Under the pieces are notes generated by a model. The model was not told the DNA's origin. It saw only the letters and a list, made by a program, of their open reading frames with translations, and did not search any database. From Octopus sinensis (Eukaryota): DNA of 64,000 nt. A program made the translations under genes and the position numbers. Numbering within the stretch: the stretch's first letter is position 1; each line of letters starts with the position of its first letter. Location of the stretch: the NCBI RefSeq assembly GCF_006345805.1, contig NC_043002.1, positions 71,610,001 through 71,674,000 of the forward strand, in the 5' to 3' direction. This document shows positions 41,906 through 55,452 of the stretch, piece after piece.

Positions 41906-44900
41906 TTTTCTCTTTTTTCTTCTTTCAAATTTGCTTCCATTTCTTGCCGAGCGTCTTCCCGACTCCTAGGGCAAAGAATCTCATAGTATACATTGGTAGG
42001 CCATTAAACCAAACTCAATAGTTCGTTCATTTTTTTTTTCTTTTTTAAGGTTAAATTAAAATACATGGACAGTAACAGCTCTCACAGCGACAATGCTCTT
42101 CTCAATACGTGTGATGTACCAGTTAAGACAATCTTTTACACTTCTTGCAGGGATGGTAAGCCAGGGATCATTCTCATATAATTTTCGGTTCCCTTCTTGA
42201 TCATTCCTAGTGCTCCTACGATCACTGGTATTGTAACCGCCTTGAGATGCCACATTTTCTCAATTTCAATGAGCAGGTCTTTATATTTTCTGAGCTTGTC
42301 AAACTCTTTCGCCGAGATATTATGATCACAGGGGATGCTCATGTCGATCAATAAGCAAACTTTATTGTTTTTGTCTTTCACAACAATATCTTGTTTATTG
42401 GCTTTGATGGTTCGGTCTGTATGTACTGGAAAGTCCCACAGAATCGTTACATTTTCTCCTTCAGTTACAGCTTCAGGGTGGTGATTATACCACTTGTCGG
42501 CAGTTTTGATATTGTAATGCCGACTTATTAGCCAGTGTAGATATTGGCCAACTCTGTCATGTCTTAATTTATACTCCACTGGTGCTAAGACTTTACATCC
42601 AGAGATTAGGTGGTCCACTGTCTCAATCATGTCATTGCAGAATCGGCATTTTGGATCTACTCCATTTTTCATTACATTGGCCTGGTAGTTCCGGGTTAAT
42701 AGGCTTTGATCTTGAGCAGCCAGGATGAAACCTTCGCTCTCTGCTTTTAGCCCTGAGCTCCGTAGCCACTGATGGGTTTGCTTCTGGTCAACATCAGCTT
42801 GTTTGCTACGGGCCACATATTTGTCGAGCAGAGGTTTCTCCTCCCACCTATCAGCCAATTGCTCGTGCGCTTTTTTCGTTGCCATTATTTTCACCTTCTT
42901 TGCAACAATAGTTGCCGTACTTCCCTCGGGTTGTTCAGTTTGGGTATCCTGCACGAGATCAATAGCAAATTTTTTGCTTTCCTTTATGATAGAATGAAGC
43001 TTCTTTCGTCTCTCGTGATTTTTCACGAGCTTTAGCATCCAATCATTCATTATTTCAAGATATTTGGCCAGTCCAATCGTGGTTGTTTTGTAAGCTAGTT
43101 CAAATTGGATCAGGCCTCGACCTCCTTGGGCTCTGGGAAGGTAAAGGCGATCTACGTCTGCCTTTGGGTGGTGCATCCTATTACAACTCAGCAGCTTGCG
43201 TATTTTCCTGTCTATATTCTTTACTTCACTCATATTCCAGTTCAACACATTATAGCTATAAGTAACAACTGGAACTGCTAAGGAATTTATAGCTAACACC
43301 TTGTTACCTGCATTTAGTTCAGATTTCAGGTCTGCACGAACTCTCCTATAACATTCCTTCCTGATCTTCTCTTTCATGCTTGCATGCTGAATACCAGAGC
43401 CTTCATTTATCCCTAAATATTTGTATGTTTGTTCTTGCTCAAGCTCTCTCATGACTGTGTCAACATCTAACACGACTGAATTTGTGGTCTTCACTTTCCC
43501 TTTCTGGAAAGTGGCCTTGACACACTTCTCAAGCCCAAACTCCATCCCGATGTCATCGCTGAATGCTTTCACAGTGCGCAATAGGCCTTCAAGTTCATTA
43601 TTGTCTTTACCATAAAGTTTTAAGTCATCCATATAAAATAGATGGCTTATTTTTTATTGGCAATTTTATACCCATACCCTGTTCTGTTTAATTCACTTGT
43701 AAGGGGTATTAGGGCTATGCAGAGTATTAAAGGTAAAAGTGAGTCACCTTGAAAAATTCCACAGTTGATGTTTATATTTTCTGAGGCAAGTACTCCATTA
43801 GAGTGGTATAATTGGAGATTCGTATTCCACAACGACATATTGTGCTTCAGGAAGCTTGAAATCACAGGGGAAATTTTGAAGATGTCCAGCGATCTCAAGA
43901 TCCATGGATGCGGTATACTGTCGAAGGCCTTTTTTATAGTCAATCCATGCGGAGCTGAGATTTCTGCGCTTGTTGTGACAGTTCTCAAGGATCATACGAT
44001 CTTTGCATCCGTATGGGCCTCGGCGGCACCCTTTTTGTTCAATGGGGAAAATATTGTTCTTCTCCATGAATGCATATGTTTTCTCCGACAGGATAGATGT
44101 TAGGATTTTATACGTGGTGGATAGTTTTTTGGAAGGTTGGTTTCGTTATTCTTTGGGGGTAGGTAAGTAATACCACTTGCTAACCATTCAGATGTTTTCT
44201 TTGGGTCTCTCATAATTCCATTGAGCAGCTGAACTAGCTTACCGCGTGCACATGGGAGCGATGCGAGCCAGAAATTCGGCACCCTATCTTTACCGGGGGA
44301 TTTCCAATTATTGGCCTTCGTAAGTGCCTTTCTTAGGTCTGCTATTGTGATGTCTTCCCATGCTTGTTGTAAATTTTGGTAGGATCCTTCAGTTTGTATA
44401 ATCCAGTCTGCATTTGTGTTGTACGTCTTCTTGTCACTCCAAATCCTTTCCAAAAGTTTTGAACTTCTTCCATGGGAGGGGGGTCTTTAACGGTTACTTT
44501 CTCCTTCCCTATTTCTCTGTAGAATTTTTTGGCATTGGATGTGAACAGCTTATTTTGCTTGTAAAACTTGTTTCTCTTCTCAAATCTTCGTATTCTTTGG
44601 GCTTTTGCTTGGACTTTTTGTTTCAGCGTTTCTTTTATTGATATCAGTTCTTCTCTTGGTGGGGATCCAAATTTTCTCTTCATCTTTCTTCCTGTTCTGG
44701 ATCTTACATCATTTCCACATATTAGCTCATTTAATATTGATATTTCCCCTCTCATAAATTCAATTTCTTTTTCAATTTTACTTCTCCAGGTTTGGTTTCT
44801 TCCCAGGTTTGGTTTTCTTTGTTTTTTCGGGGGCATACAGCTGGTTTTAATTGCCCTAGCAGAAGCGTAAATAACTTCATTTAACTCAGTAAAATCAGGT

Positions 44901-45735
44901 TTTAATTCTTGTATTATTTCATTTGTTACATAGTTGCCAATTTGGATTTGTTTTTTATTTTGGTTTGTATTTGAGAATTTATGAAGTGGTTCTCTATCAT
45001 TCATACTTGTATGTCTTACAACTTCAAGCGTATTCAGGATTTTCTGCCTCATTTCTGCCATAGACTCTCTGTGTTTTTCAGCAAATGCGAGATCTTTAGT
45101 TACTGTTGTTTTATCATTTTCCTGGCTATCTTTAACAGGTTCAATAGAATTTCTTGTATCTTCAGGCCTTTGCGTACTTTGGTCAGATGGCAGTCTTTCA
45201 ATTAAGCCTCGTGGCGGGCTATACTGTTCATCTGATTCTTCATTTCCTTTGTGTCTTATTTTCCGTTGCGTGCTTGATCGCGCTTATTTCACTGTCTGTG
45301 AGTCTGTTATTTCTAAGGATATCCCTCCTCACATTTGCCAATTTGTTCTCGTCCAAATAGGGCCTACTGTCTTGATTCCGTGTTCTCCATAAACTGTAAG
45401 GTGTGTCTCTCTTGAGATGGCCTACCTAATGCATAGTAATAAGCGTATATTACTTCTTTATACTCTTCTCGGGTCCATTTGTTCCGCTTACATTTTTCTT
45501 TCTGTGGTGGTTGTGGTGGTGAACTTGGAGGGCTCGAGTTGGGGAATTTCCCGTTCAAGTGACCATCCATGTCCGTATTCGGAGAAGAGTTTGTGCCAGT
45601 TGATGACTTTTCGATCCCAGGCTGGCTCTTCCCTGGGGGACGCGCTTCCAGATTAACCATATGAAAAGCGATTTGGTATACTGATTTAGTTTTCCTTTTA
45701 GTTTCCAAAAACATTTTGGTGCTACGATAATATTA
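41906..45735 (-). mobile_element. Near full-length R4/Dong-clade non-LTR retrotransposon (RT plus restriction-like endonuclease), disrupted
   Basis: ORF pieces 45364-45714, 44342-45061, 44100-44453, 43798-44067, 43647-43988 and 42136-43632 give KWTREEYKEV, WKSPGKD, KKAFDSIPH, GIFQGDSL, YMDDLKLY, KYLG, CRFC..ETVDHLISGC (CCHC), RHDRV, ANKQDIVV..IDMSIP..K..KY (PD-D/E..K with P to Q). Several frameshifts and an in-frame TAA near the C-terminus. Confidence 0.9.
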
Positions 45736-45890
45736 TCATTTTTGAGCTTTGATTGACTCGTGGGGAGACGGCCATCATTGCCGTTACAATTATAATCGTA
45801 CCATTATAGCAGCCGTAGTCGGCTTATTATTGTTATTATCATCACCATTATTATCACTATTATCATTATCGCCACTACTACTATCATCAC

Positions 45891-45925
<35 letters not shown>

Positions 45926-46783
45926 ATGATATTGTTTTATGTGTAGTCACAGCAGTATCTTATTATTGTTATTTTTGGGTTTTTTTATCATTATCACCAT
46001 CACAGTAGTGTCTGCCTGTCTCGTTGGCTGGCTGGGTGGTTGGCTGGCTGGCTGTCTTCAACGCCAGAATTCTTGCCTGTCAAATAATACTTTCATATTT
46101 GGTTAACATCTAAAGAGCCGAGGTGAGGTTTGTGTTGGCTGAACTCTGTGAGTGTGTGTGTGTGTGTAGATAGATAGATAGATTATCAGCACTATTACTA
46201 TCATTATTATCATCATCACCATCATCACCATCATCAGTGATGTTTATTTATTTATTTTTTATTATTTTCTTTAGGTCAAAAAAAGTTCAAATGTCTGCTA
46301 CTACTAGACTTAAGAAAAATTAAGGAAGGGCTGTTCTGTATTGTTTGTGAATAGAGAAGTTGTGTTCGACCAGAGAGAATCTTAGCATCATTATTATTTA
46401 TTTTCCCATGTGCGTTTGTGTTATTGCAATAAAAACTGTTTGTATATTTCGTGTAAGGTAATATTGTGGAGGCTGAAGTTGACTTTTCTAGATATGTTTG
46501 TATGTCCAGTTAGGAGAACAGGTGTGTTTTTGCAATGAAAATATATGTTTACATTTATATTTGAATATTCAGGGAGGAAGCAAAGAAAAGTCAGATTTTC
46601 ATAGAAAGTTTTACGGTTTTGTAAGTCCACAAAAAGAAAAGCGTGATGTTTTTAGAGAGAAGAAAAAAAAAAGGATGTTTACTGAGGCAATTGTGGGTAT
46701 TAAAGTTTTTAAAGCTGAACGAATGTATGTTTGAAAACTGTAGATATGTAAATTTGTAAATTTCTTAACTTATTTTGAAGGGC

Positions 46784-46814
<31 letters not shown>

Positions 46815-46817
<3 letters not shown>

Positions 46818-47968
46818 TAGTTTTATTTTTATAGCGTGCTTTCACTTCACTACCGAGCGCAGCTCTGTGTGCCTTGGGTATGTGCTGTGATTTGTTGTGA
46901 TGCTCTGATGGTTATTGTATGGAAAGTGTTCTGCGTAGGATGTGTGCAGTGCCTAGTAGTGCAATTTTCTGTATGTTATATGTGTTTGTAAGTCCTGGTG
47001 TTTTTGTTATGTATTTGTCTGAATATTTTTTTATCATGCCTAATGCACCTACTATGATAGGAATTGTTTCTGTTTTCAGGTTCCACATTCTAGTTACCTC
47101 TATTTCCAGGTCTTTGTATTTTGAGAGTTTCTCCATTTCTTTTAGAGACACGTGTCATCTGCCGGTATTGATACATCAATTAGAAAGCATTTTTTTTCTT
47201 CATGGTCTCTCACAACTATATCTGGTCTGTTGGCCTTAATTTCTCTATCTGTGTGTATCGGCATATCCAGAGTATGGTTGCTTTCTCGTTTTCTGTGACC
47301 TTTTCTGGTGTGTGCCTATACCATCTTTTTTCTGTTGTTATTCCATAATGTTGGCATAGCTTCCAATGTATGTAGGTTCCAACTCTGTCATGTCTGTGAA
47401 TATATTCCTTCTTAGCCAGGACTGGGCAGCTAGAGATAATATGATTTATTGTTTCTTGTCCATCTCCACATATTCTGCAGTTACTTGTAATATTTCTTTT
47501 CATTACATGTTTTTGGTAATTTCTGGTGGGGAGGCTTTGGTCTTGTGCTGCAATTAAAAATCCCTCTGTTCCTGCTTTGAGTCCTGAGCTTCTCAACCAT
47601 TGCTGGGATTTTTCTTTGTCTATTTCTTTTGCGTTTAGTTTAGGCAGTATTTACCATGAAGGGGTTTTTCTTGCCATCGTTTTATCATGGCTCGTTGCTG
47701 TTCTATTTTTAGTTTGGATTTCATTTGTTTTATAGCTTTTGTTGTTTCTTCATCATCTTCTTCTTCTTCTTTGTGTTTATTAGGTGGTATGATTTCTTGT
47801 TTGTATTTGTCAGCTTCCTTAAATACTGAGAACAGTTTTTTGTTTTGCTCGTGTTTTGCTGCTATCTGGATCAGTTTCCTTCCTTCTGAAGTAGGTATTT
47901 TTGCAGTCCTATGGTGGTTATTTTATAGTAGTTTTCCAGCTGTATAAGGCCTCTACCACCTTCTATAC

Positions 47969-47969
<1 letters not shown>
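46815..47969 (-). mobile_element. 5'-truncated R4/Dong-clade copy of a different subfamily, flanked by (TAA)n on both sides
   Basis: GGRGLIQLE...RSSGLKAGTEGFLIAAQDQ...CRICGDGQETINHIISSC...RHDRVG...KYKDLEIE...IQKIALLGTAHILRR; (TTA)n at about 46786-46814 and 47970-48038. Confidence 0.9.
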
Positions 47970-48039
<70 letters not shown>

Positions 48040-49799
48040 GTTGTTGTTCAGTGTGTATTTGGTCGTTATTTTAACAGATTTTTTTACCGCTGTTTATTTA
48101 TATGATGTTACGTTCCGACTTCAAACACGACTGGGTTCTACTTTACCTGTAACCCCTTCCAAGGTCAGTAATGCAGCTACCAAGAATCTCCTGTTACCCG
48201 CTGAATTGACTATAACTTTCTCTTGAAAAGTCTATGGCATTGTTCCAATGAAATAAATCATTGTTATTATCACGTGTATACGTTATTGTTCTCTTCACTA
48301 TCATTACGAGACCAAGCAATCGAGTTTTAATTGAACAAATTGCACAAATCAAAGGAAAGAGTGTTACATTTCCTCATTTGAAAAAAAAATGTAATTCTGG
48401 CTTAATTGACTTAATTATCATCCTTATCAGACTCATCAACATCGCAATCATCATCATCACTACCGTCTTCATCATCATCATCATTTTCATCATTATCATC
48501 ACCATCGCTACTAACAACAATGACACCAGATTTTATGACCGCAATACTATTCTTATTGAACAAATTAAAATACTCGTGGGACAGTTGGTTTTCAATTAGT
48601 TATAATTGAATCGGCCAGGAGAATACTGGTTATGTGATACTGCTTCAAACCCTCTCTGCTGTACAACGCCATAACAAGAAAGAAATGAAAATAAATGGCA
48701 AGCAATTTTACAAATCAAGACTGATTCCAATATTAAATGCTTGTTAATGTCTTTCTACAAGCTCACGTACACACTCACACATGCACGCACATATATAAAT
48801 ATATACGCATATATGTTTGTGAGTGTATGTATCTGTGTGACCGTGAGTGTGCATATATGTGTCAATGTATATAATGTATATATATATATATATATATACA
48901 TATACACACACACATATACACACACACCTGTGTCTATTTCTCTTGATATATGTATACATATCTTTAATAATTCCTCTGTATTACTGGAGTTTTCTAACTT
49001 AAAATTCACTGATATTGATTAATTGAATAGAATGTAATTTCATAAAACTTTCTTTTCAATCTTCTGCCAGTGATTTAAAACAATCTCTGCAAAAGAAATA
49101 CTACTTGCAACTATCTTCCATAAATATACGTTTTGAAAATGACACTTGGAGTTTACAGATATCTCCTCAAGCTATAGATGTGATCTTTTCTATTCATAGT
49201 GATAAATTAAATTCTCGCACTTTTTTTATTTTAATTTTATGTAGTTTTATATTTTGCTTGTGTAAAATAAATATTTTCTCACTAAACTGTTTTAATATCA
49301 TATAAGAGAAGCATGATTGCGTATGATTCTACTTACAGTTTTCAGTTATTATTTTCTTCAGAATATTTGTCTCTGGGCAGCCAAAGAACTGCAAATTTAA
49401 ACATTTTATGCTTTATAAATTTATCTATGTTTTATTTTGCTGTGGAATCCTTAAATTATTGGCTGCTTTACCCAAGCAATACGTCAATAGTTAATTCCTT
49501 TAACGTTGACTGTGCATTTCTTAATATTCAAATAGCCCTATTTATACAGAGTATCTCATAATGATGGGACCCATTTTAAATGTTAATATCAAGGTGTGGA
49601 ACAAGCATATTCACTAAAGAAGATGTATAATGTTGGATTCACAGATATTTTTTGCTTCTTTCCTGCCAATGTTATTTAAATTAACATGAAAATATTTCGC
49701 CCTAGGATTTCATGTTTGTTTTCCTTTTTTCTTTTTCTTTAAGCACCATACTTCCTCTGTAACTTTTGTTTTTAGCTTTTGGAATTTGAATATATTTTA

Positions 49800-50410
49800 C
49801 CTGCTTTCCGACATATATCGATGAATTGTCAAGTAGAATAAAAGGTTCTTTGACAAACATCTCTCTTCGATTTTAATTAAGGTTCCAAAGCTGCTGTCAA
49901 AGACGCCCGAGACACTTGTGCTCCGTACGCAGAATATGATATTAATGAAGTGTGATAAATTCGATCTTCACATTCCAGCCGAACGGATCATTTCAACTGA
50001 AATCGATTGAAAAGAGTTTATCTAGAAGGATTCATGCCAGTCCACTAGGGAATTGGTCCAGCAGATGGGTTGTTTCTCTGATATCGCCCCCCATCACCTT
50101 CTGTCCAAGATTCCAAATCTCGACAGAGCCAGTATCACTTGCAGAATAGTTCTTCATGTAGTTACAATTAATGCCTTCACTACGAACAAATTTCACAAGT
50201 CTATTTAGGTATTTTCTATCCGGGTGCCTATAAACATTTCAGGCTGCTATTCCATGTTCTAGCTGTCATAATGTGTTAAAAGAGACATTTTTTTATGTTC
50301 ATCTTGTTGCGTCTCTTGTGAATAGTTTGCAATGAATATTTTAAGAAATTGCAACTGGCGTAGTTTAAACTCGTATTTTACCACTGGTGTTTAGCTATCA
50401 CTGGGGAGAT
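49800..50410 (-). pseudogene. WDR77: Decayed intronless WDR77/MEP50-like (WD40) retrocopy
   Basis: Three colinear motifs at roughly the expected spacing versus human MEP50 as recalled from memory: MTARTWNSSL (LSGRCWAGSL), SASDTGSVEIWNL at 50107-50145 (VASDSGAVELWEL), LISYSAYGAQVS at about 49910-49945 (LSSYRAHAAQVT). Frameshifts and stops lie between them. The outer boundaries are approximate. Confidence 0.65.
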
Positions 50411-50689
50411 GATCCCTTCAAGATTAAGTTAACTTACAGTAGGCTGTGAATTTGGAAACTTAAATAAAAGTATAAAGAGGAAAGCTTAAGGGATATAACA
50501 CAGTTTGTTTTACATCTCTTCTTTTTTAATTCTCCTTTCCAATCCCACTCGCAGTTGCCTGTTACCTTAGCCACGTATCTGTATTTGCTAGCCTGCTTCA
50601 ATGCAGAAAAGAAAACATAATCCATGTTCCATTGCTCTTTATTTCAACTGGCCATTGATATTTTCTTGAATCTTACACTGTATTCGCAC

Positions 50690-51262
50690 AATACACATTT
50701 TACATAAATTTTCTAGTGGATGAAAACCTTTCCTCCTACTTTTCGTCTTAAATACTATCTTTCTTTCAGACATTCTGAGACTGTATTCTAAATGCGATCA
50801 TTATTTTTCTTGTTTTCCTGTCTAGTCTTTCTAATTCACTTAACTTCCTGTAGAGAATATTTAACTATTACGTATTATAGACAGAATACTGGTATGTATT
50901 ATCGTATTTTGAACAATTCCCGCTGTTTTATGTATTAAGCTAATGCATCTATAATATTCGTTCTTAACTGTTTTCTCTTTCACTTGTGTCTTTTGTATTA
51001 TGTCTGATTCATTAATTCCTAAGTATTTACATCTCTGAGTTGCAAATACTTAGAAACTGCAAATAGTGTATCTTTATCTCCCATGATATAAATTAGTTTT
51101 ATTTATTTTCCTTCCTTCAAGGTCGCCATGATACATTTCCCTAACCCCAATTTCATGGTAATTAGTCTACTGAATCTACATACTTTTGTGGCTGTATTTC
51201 CAGTTCTTTCTTAACTGCAGCGTAAAACTTGAAGTCATCTCTACATCTATATATGCAGTTTG
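50690..51262 (-). mobile_element. Old, heavily decayed R4/Dong RT fragment
   Basis: DDFKFY...GLGKCIMATLKEGK...KYLGINE...EYYR...ELERLDRKTRK...RKVGGKGF parallels the 43 kb RT region. Confidence 0.65.
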
Positions 51263-51495
51263 AAGGCGACGAGCTGGCAGAAACGTTAGCACGCGGGCGA
51301 AATGCGTAGCCGTATTTCGTCTGCCGTTACGTTCTGAGTTCAAATTCCGCCGAGGTCGACTTTGCCTTTCATCCTTCTCGGGGTCGATAAATTAAGTACC
51401 AGTTACGCACTGGGGTCGATGTAATCGACTTAATCCGTTTGTCAGCCTTGTTTGTCCCCTCTGTGTTTAGCCCCTTGTGGGTAGTAAAGAAATAT
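51263..51495 (+). mobile_element. SINE B1, full length, inserted at the edge of the old Dong RT fragment
   Basis: 14 bp TSD atatatgca(g/a)tttg at 51249-51262 and 51496-51509. Confidence 0.9.
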
Positions 51496-53760
51496 ATATA
51501 TGCAATTTGGACACATATTGCTCCCATAATATTGGTATCGGTGTTCTGCTGGTTCGGTGTGGAAGTGCAGTATGTAGAGCATTACCGTAAAATATAGACT
51601 CAGAGTCGGATTACGATATTAATCTATCAGCTGGGTTTCGTTTCTATAATTCCCTCTTTTGTTTTTCTCGCAGTATCGTTCTTTCATGTCATGTTTGTAG
51701 TTCCCACTTATTATCAAGGATGCCCCACATACGATTTAACGCCATGATCTGTGTAACAGGTTCAAAAGATTTCTGGAGCATAATCCGAAAGACAGCCTGA
51801 CCATCCTTTTTCCTTTTATATTCTTTATCTATGACCTCTTTCTTCGATGATTGATCTCTGAATCATGTGCAGTGTTTACAGAAAGTACTCTACGTATGTT
51901 CAATGTCATGTACTGATATATTCTATATGTTGGTTGTATTTGTAAGGTATATCTGTAAGTCTTGTGAGACTTCTCTGTATACATACATATACATATGTGT
52001 GTATACAAAAACACTTACACACACACACACGCGTATATTGATAGACTGTTAGAATGATAGATAAATAAATATCAATCTATATATATATTCATATGTGTGT
52101 GAGTGTGTATGTGAGTTTGTGTGTGAGTGTGTATGAGAGTGTGTTTGTGGGTGTGGGTGTGCGCCCGCACGTGTGTATACTTGTTTACTTGTTTTAAGCT
52201 TTCTACATTACCTATTATTATATACACTGATTCGGTTTGCACAACAAATATTCTATTTATTTCAAGTTCCAGAATTATTTGAACAATTTCTCCATGATTT
52301 TCTTTCGAGCGATATATCGCTTTCTTTGGGGATTACACTTTGAATAGGAGTGTTATTCAGTCGTCCTTGATAACAATATCTGGCAGATTAGCTTTGATCT
52401 ACTTGTCTGTGGATTAGAAAGTTTCATGGTATCGTTGCTTTGTTTTTCTCTTAGACAGATTTGAATGTTCGATAAATCATATTTTTTTGCTGTAATTTCT
52501 AGTATACTGTCAACGTTTGTAAGCATCGGCACTTTCGCACCGAAAAAATCCACTCTCAATTGCATTGACTAATAACTTTCGTTTAACTGATATTATCGCC
52601 ATGATCTCTTTATGGTTCTTATATTTTAAACCCGTCAAGAGAGAGTTTTGTTTTCTAATTACAAAGGTAATTTCATATTAACGAATATAGTATATCTACT
52701 ATATAACATTTGTGATATTCTATAAGTGTATTTAACATACTGAATGTAATCTACTTCGACTCCTTGCTTTTTTTTATCATAGCCCTATTGTTGACACTGT
52801 GTAACACATTTTTGTCTTTGGGTAGCAACACTTATTTCTTATTGGCTTATCCCTAGAAAGTATGAAAAATGGCTCATATTTCCTTCAAACTTTATTTTTG
52901 TTACATTCATTCAAACACAAAAGAATCCCTCTCAACACTATGATGCGCCCCACTACTCCTACTCATATTCAGAGATGCACACATTGTCATCCACATTAAG
53001 GACGTATTCAAGTTGTAAAAGCCATGCAACAGACGAACAAATTTGTGTTAGGAGAATATTTTCTATAACGTTATATCTGCTTCAGCATCTCAGCGCTGAA
53101 TCTGTCAGAAATGTAAATACGTCAGAAATGAAAATACATCAGTTTCAAAACATTGATATCCAGGTCACAAAAGCAGACTTTGAAGGGAATCGTAGTCATT
53201 TCTTTTGATTTCTAGATAAAAGAAAACAAGAAATAACAGTTACAGACCAAAGACAAAATCAATAAAAATTTTGCTACACAGTGTAACTATTGTCTGACTT
53301 CCTCTCTATCTCTATGTATGCTTATCGCTTTTACATCTAGCCAGCCGGTAAATATGCTTCGTTGATGAGGAAAACCAAGATCATAATATATATTTTCCTT
53401 CAGCTGATTATTTGCAGAACGGGATCTAATCCTGCTTTGCTTTCATTTCTGGTTTAGTTGAAATTATAAGAGATATCTCTCTCATTGTTTAACATTTTAA
53501 ACATACCTGAAATAATTTTTCACCTCCCACTTGTGAAGACAGATGATGTGAATCGAAATTTTCCAACTCATTGTGTTACATTGCATTGCATTATATTGTT
53601 TCTACTCGTGCTGAATGCTTTCTTAAGTACTTTTTCATCAGCGCAACTCGTGTATTTATTGTTGATAAAACTACTTGAACAGCTAGAGATTGCTTGTTGC
53701 ATTAACACTTCCATTAATTACTTAATTAAAACTACTTGATTACATGTGTCTCTTCTTGTT

Positions 53761-54168
53761 TACTCTTTTACTTGTTTCAGTCATTTGACTGCGGCCATGC
53801 TGGAGCACCGCCTTTAGTCGAGCAAATCTACCCCAGGACTTATTCTTTGTAAGCCTAGAACTTATTCTATCGGTCTCTTTTACCGAACCGCTAAGTTACG
53901 GGGACGTAAACACACCAGCACCGGTTGTCAAGCGATGTTGGGGGAACAAACACAGACACACAAACATATACACTCACATACATATACATTTACATATATA
54001 TATACGACGGGCTTCTTTCAGTTTCCGTCTGCCAAATCTACTCACAGAGCTTTGGTCGGCTCGAGGCTATAGTAGAAGACAGTTGCCCAAGGTGCCACGC
54101 AGTGGGACGGCACCCGGAACCATATGGTTCGTAAGCAAGCTACTTACCACACAGCCACTCCTACGCCT
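53761..54168 (-). mobile_element. SINE A, full length
   Basis: Colinear with 33462-33876. Confidence 0.9.
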
Positions 54169-54350
54169 CTGGGTTTCTCATGAAAAGGCGAAAAATCCCT
54201 CAGTAACTTCATGTCATTCAGTGTTGGAAGATTTCTGATACTTCTTTTATACATCGTTTATGGAGGATGTTCTTTCTATTAATGTTCTATTATAACAAAT
54301 CATAGCGCAAATTTTAGTTTAGTGTTTCTCTTGTTTTACAATCTCTGCCG

Positions 54351-54574
54351 TATTCCTTTCTTTTTGATACTGTCCGTCATTTCAGCCACCGGTATGTATT
54401 TGGCATTTGAATTCAGAAAACATACTTTTATTTTGTTCGCAGTTGTATCCTCTTCTACACCAAATATCTACATACTTAGACTTATATTGTATATTTCATA
54501 TCAATTTTCTATGTGCATAAGTTACTTTCCGCCTGTATTTGTGATAAATATAAACGTCCTCTATGAGATTATGT
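54351..54574. repeat. Unclassified interspersed repeat, copy 2
   Basis: Direct repeat of 30803-31045. Confidence 0.85.
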
Positions 54575-55374
54575 GCGATGTGTAAAAAAAAAGCAGCCAT
54601 TACTTTAGGGATCGTTAGCTAGTTCATTTCGATAAAAGTATTATGACTGTTAACTATTACTGGAAAAATTAGAATATTGTTGCCTATTACCTCTAGTTCT
54701 GCTTTATTTATTAATCTAATGCGTCTACATTATTCTCTAACATTATCTTCATTTGTGTGTGTTATATCGTCACTAGTCTATTGACACATAAAGACATTGT
54801 AGGTTCAAGTTTTGCGAAGGTCGACAATGCCCTTTCCATGAATTATCACTCCATCTTCTATTGTAAATTTGATTCCATTTCTCCATACACACTATTAATT
54901 TTCCTCGAAACAGATTTGTTTTTTCTTACTTTGATTCAGATTAACTTTCGCTGTTCCTTACCCTCTATTTTTTTTCTATTTCCTTCCATGCAATCTGTTC
55001 CTCCTTATCTCAAACACTACTTGCACGTACATCACACAGATCCAAAATTTCTCTCTTCATCACGTGGTATTAAGACGAAAGTATATTTCTAATTTCCCTG
55101 TACGCAAGCATTTCCTCCGGTTGTTTCTCTTTCAAGTCGGCACTCCGTTAATATTCTAAATTTGTTCATGTTTATCGCACCAGTCACATGTGTCAATCCT
55201 GTGTATTTTTCCTCGTAAGACTCAAATTCGTTCTGTTTTGCTATTACCCTGGTGCTTTCCAGGCAAGTAATGCCATATTTTTCTAGTACCGAAACAGTAT
55301 TAACTCTGAACAACATCTTCACTACTGAGATGGATTTATCCATGTCTGTTTTCTGCTTCTTCCTTCTTTCACTA

Positions 55375-55452
<78 letters not shown>

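Noticed and set aside
42772-45656. Plus-strand ORFs over the Dong element
   Set aside because: Antisense shadows of the minus-strand retrotransposon ORF.
45640-45800. Possible HDV-like ribozyme at the Dong 5' end, expected by analogy with R2
   Set aside because: Only a 3 bp hairpin (cgt-ctcccc-acg) was found; P1, P1.1 and P2 could not be assembled by eye. A structured motif search is still needed.
53610-53645. Minus-strand CTGATGA...GAAAG
   Set aside because: Stem I cannot form and stem II is not closed; likely chance in AT-rich DNA.
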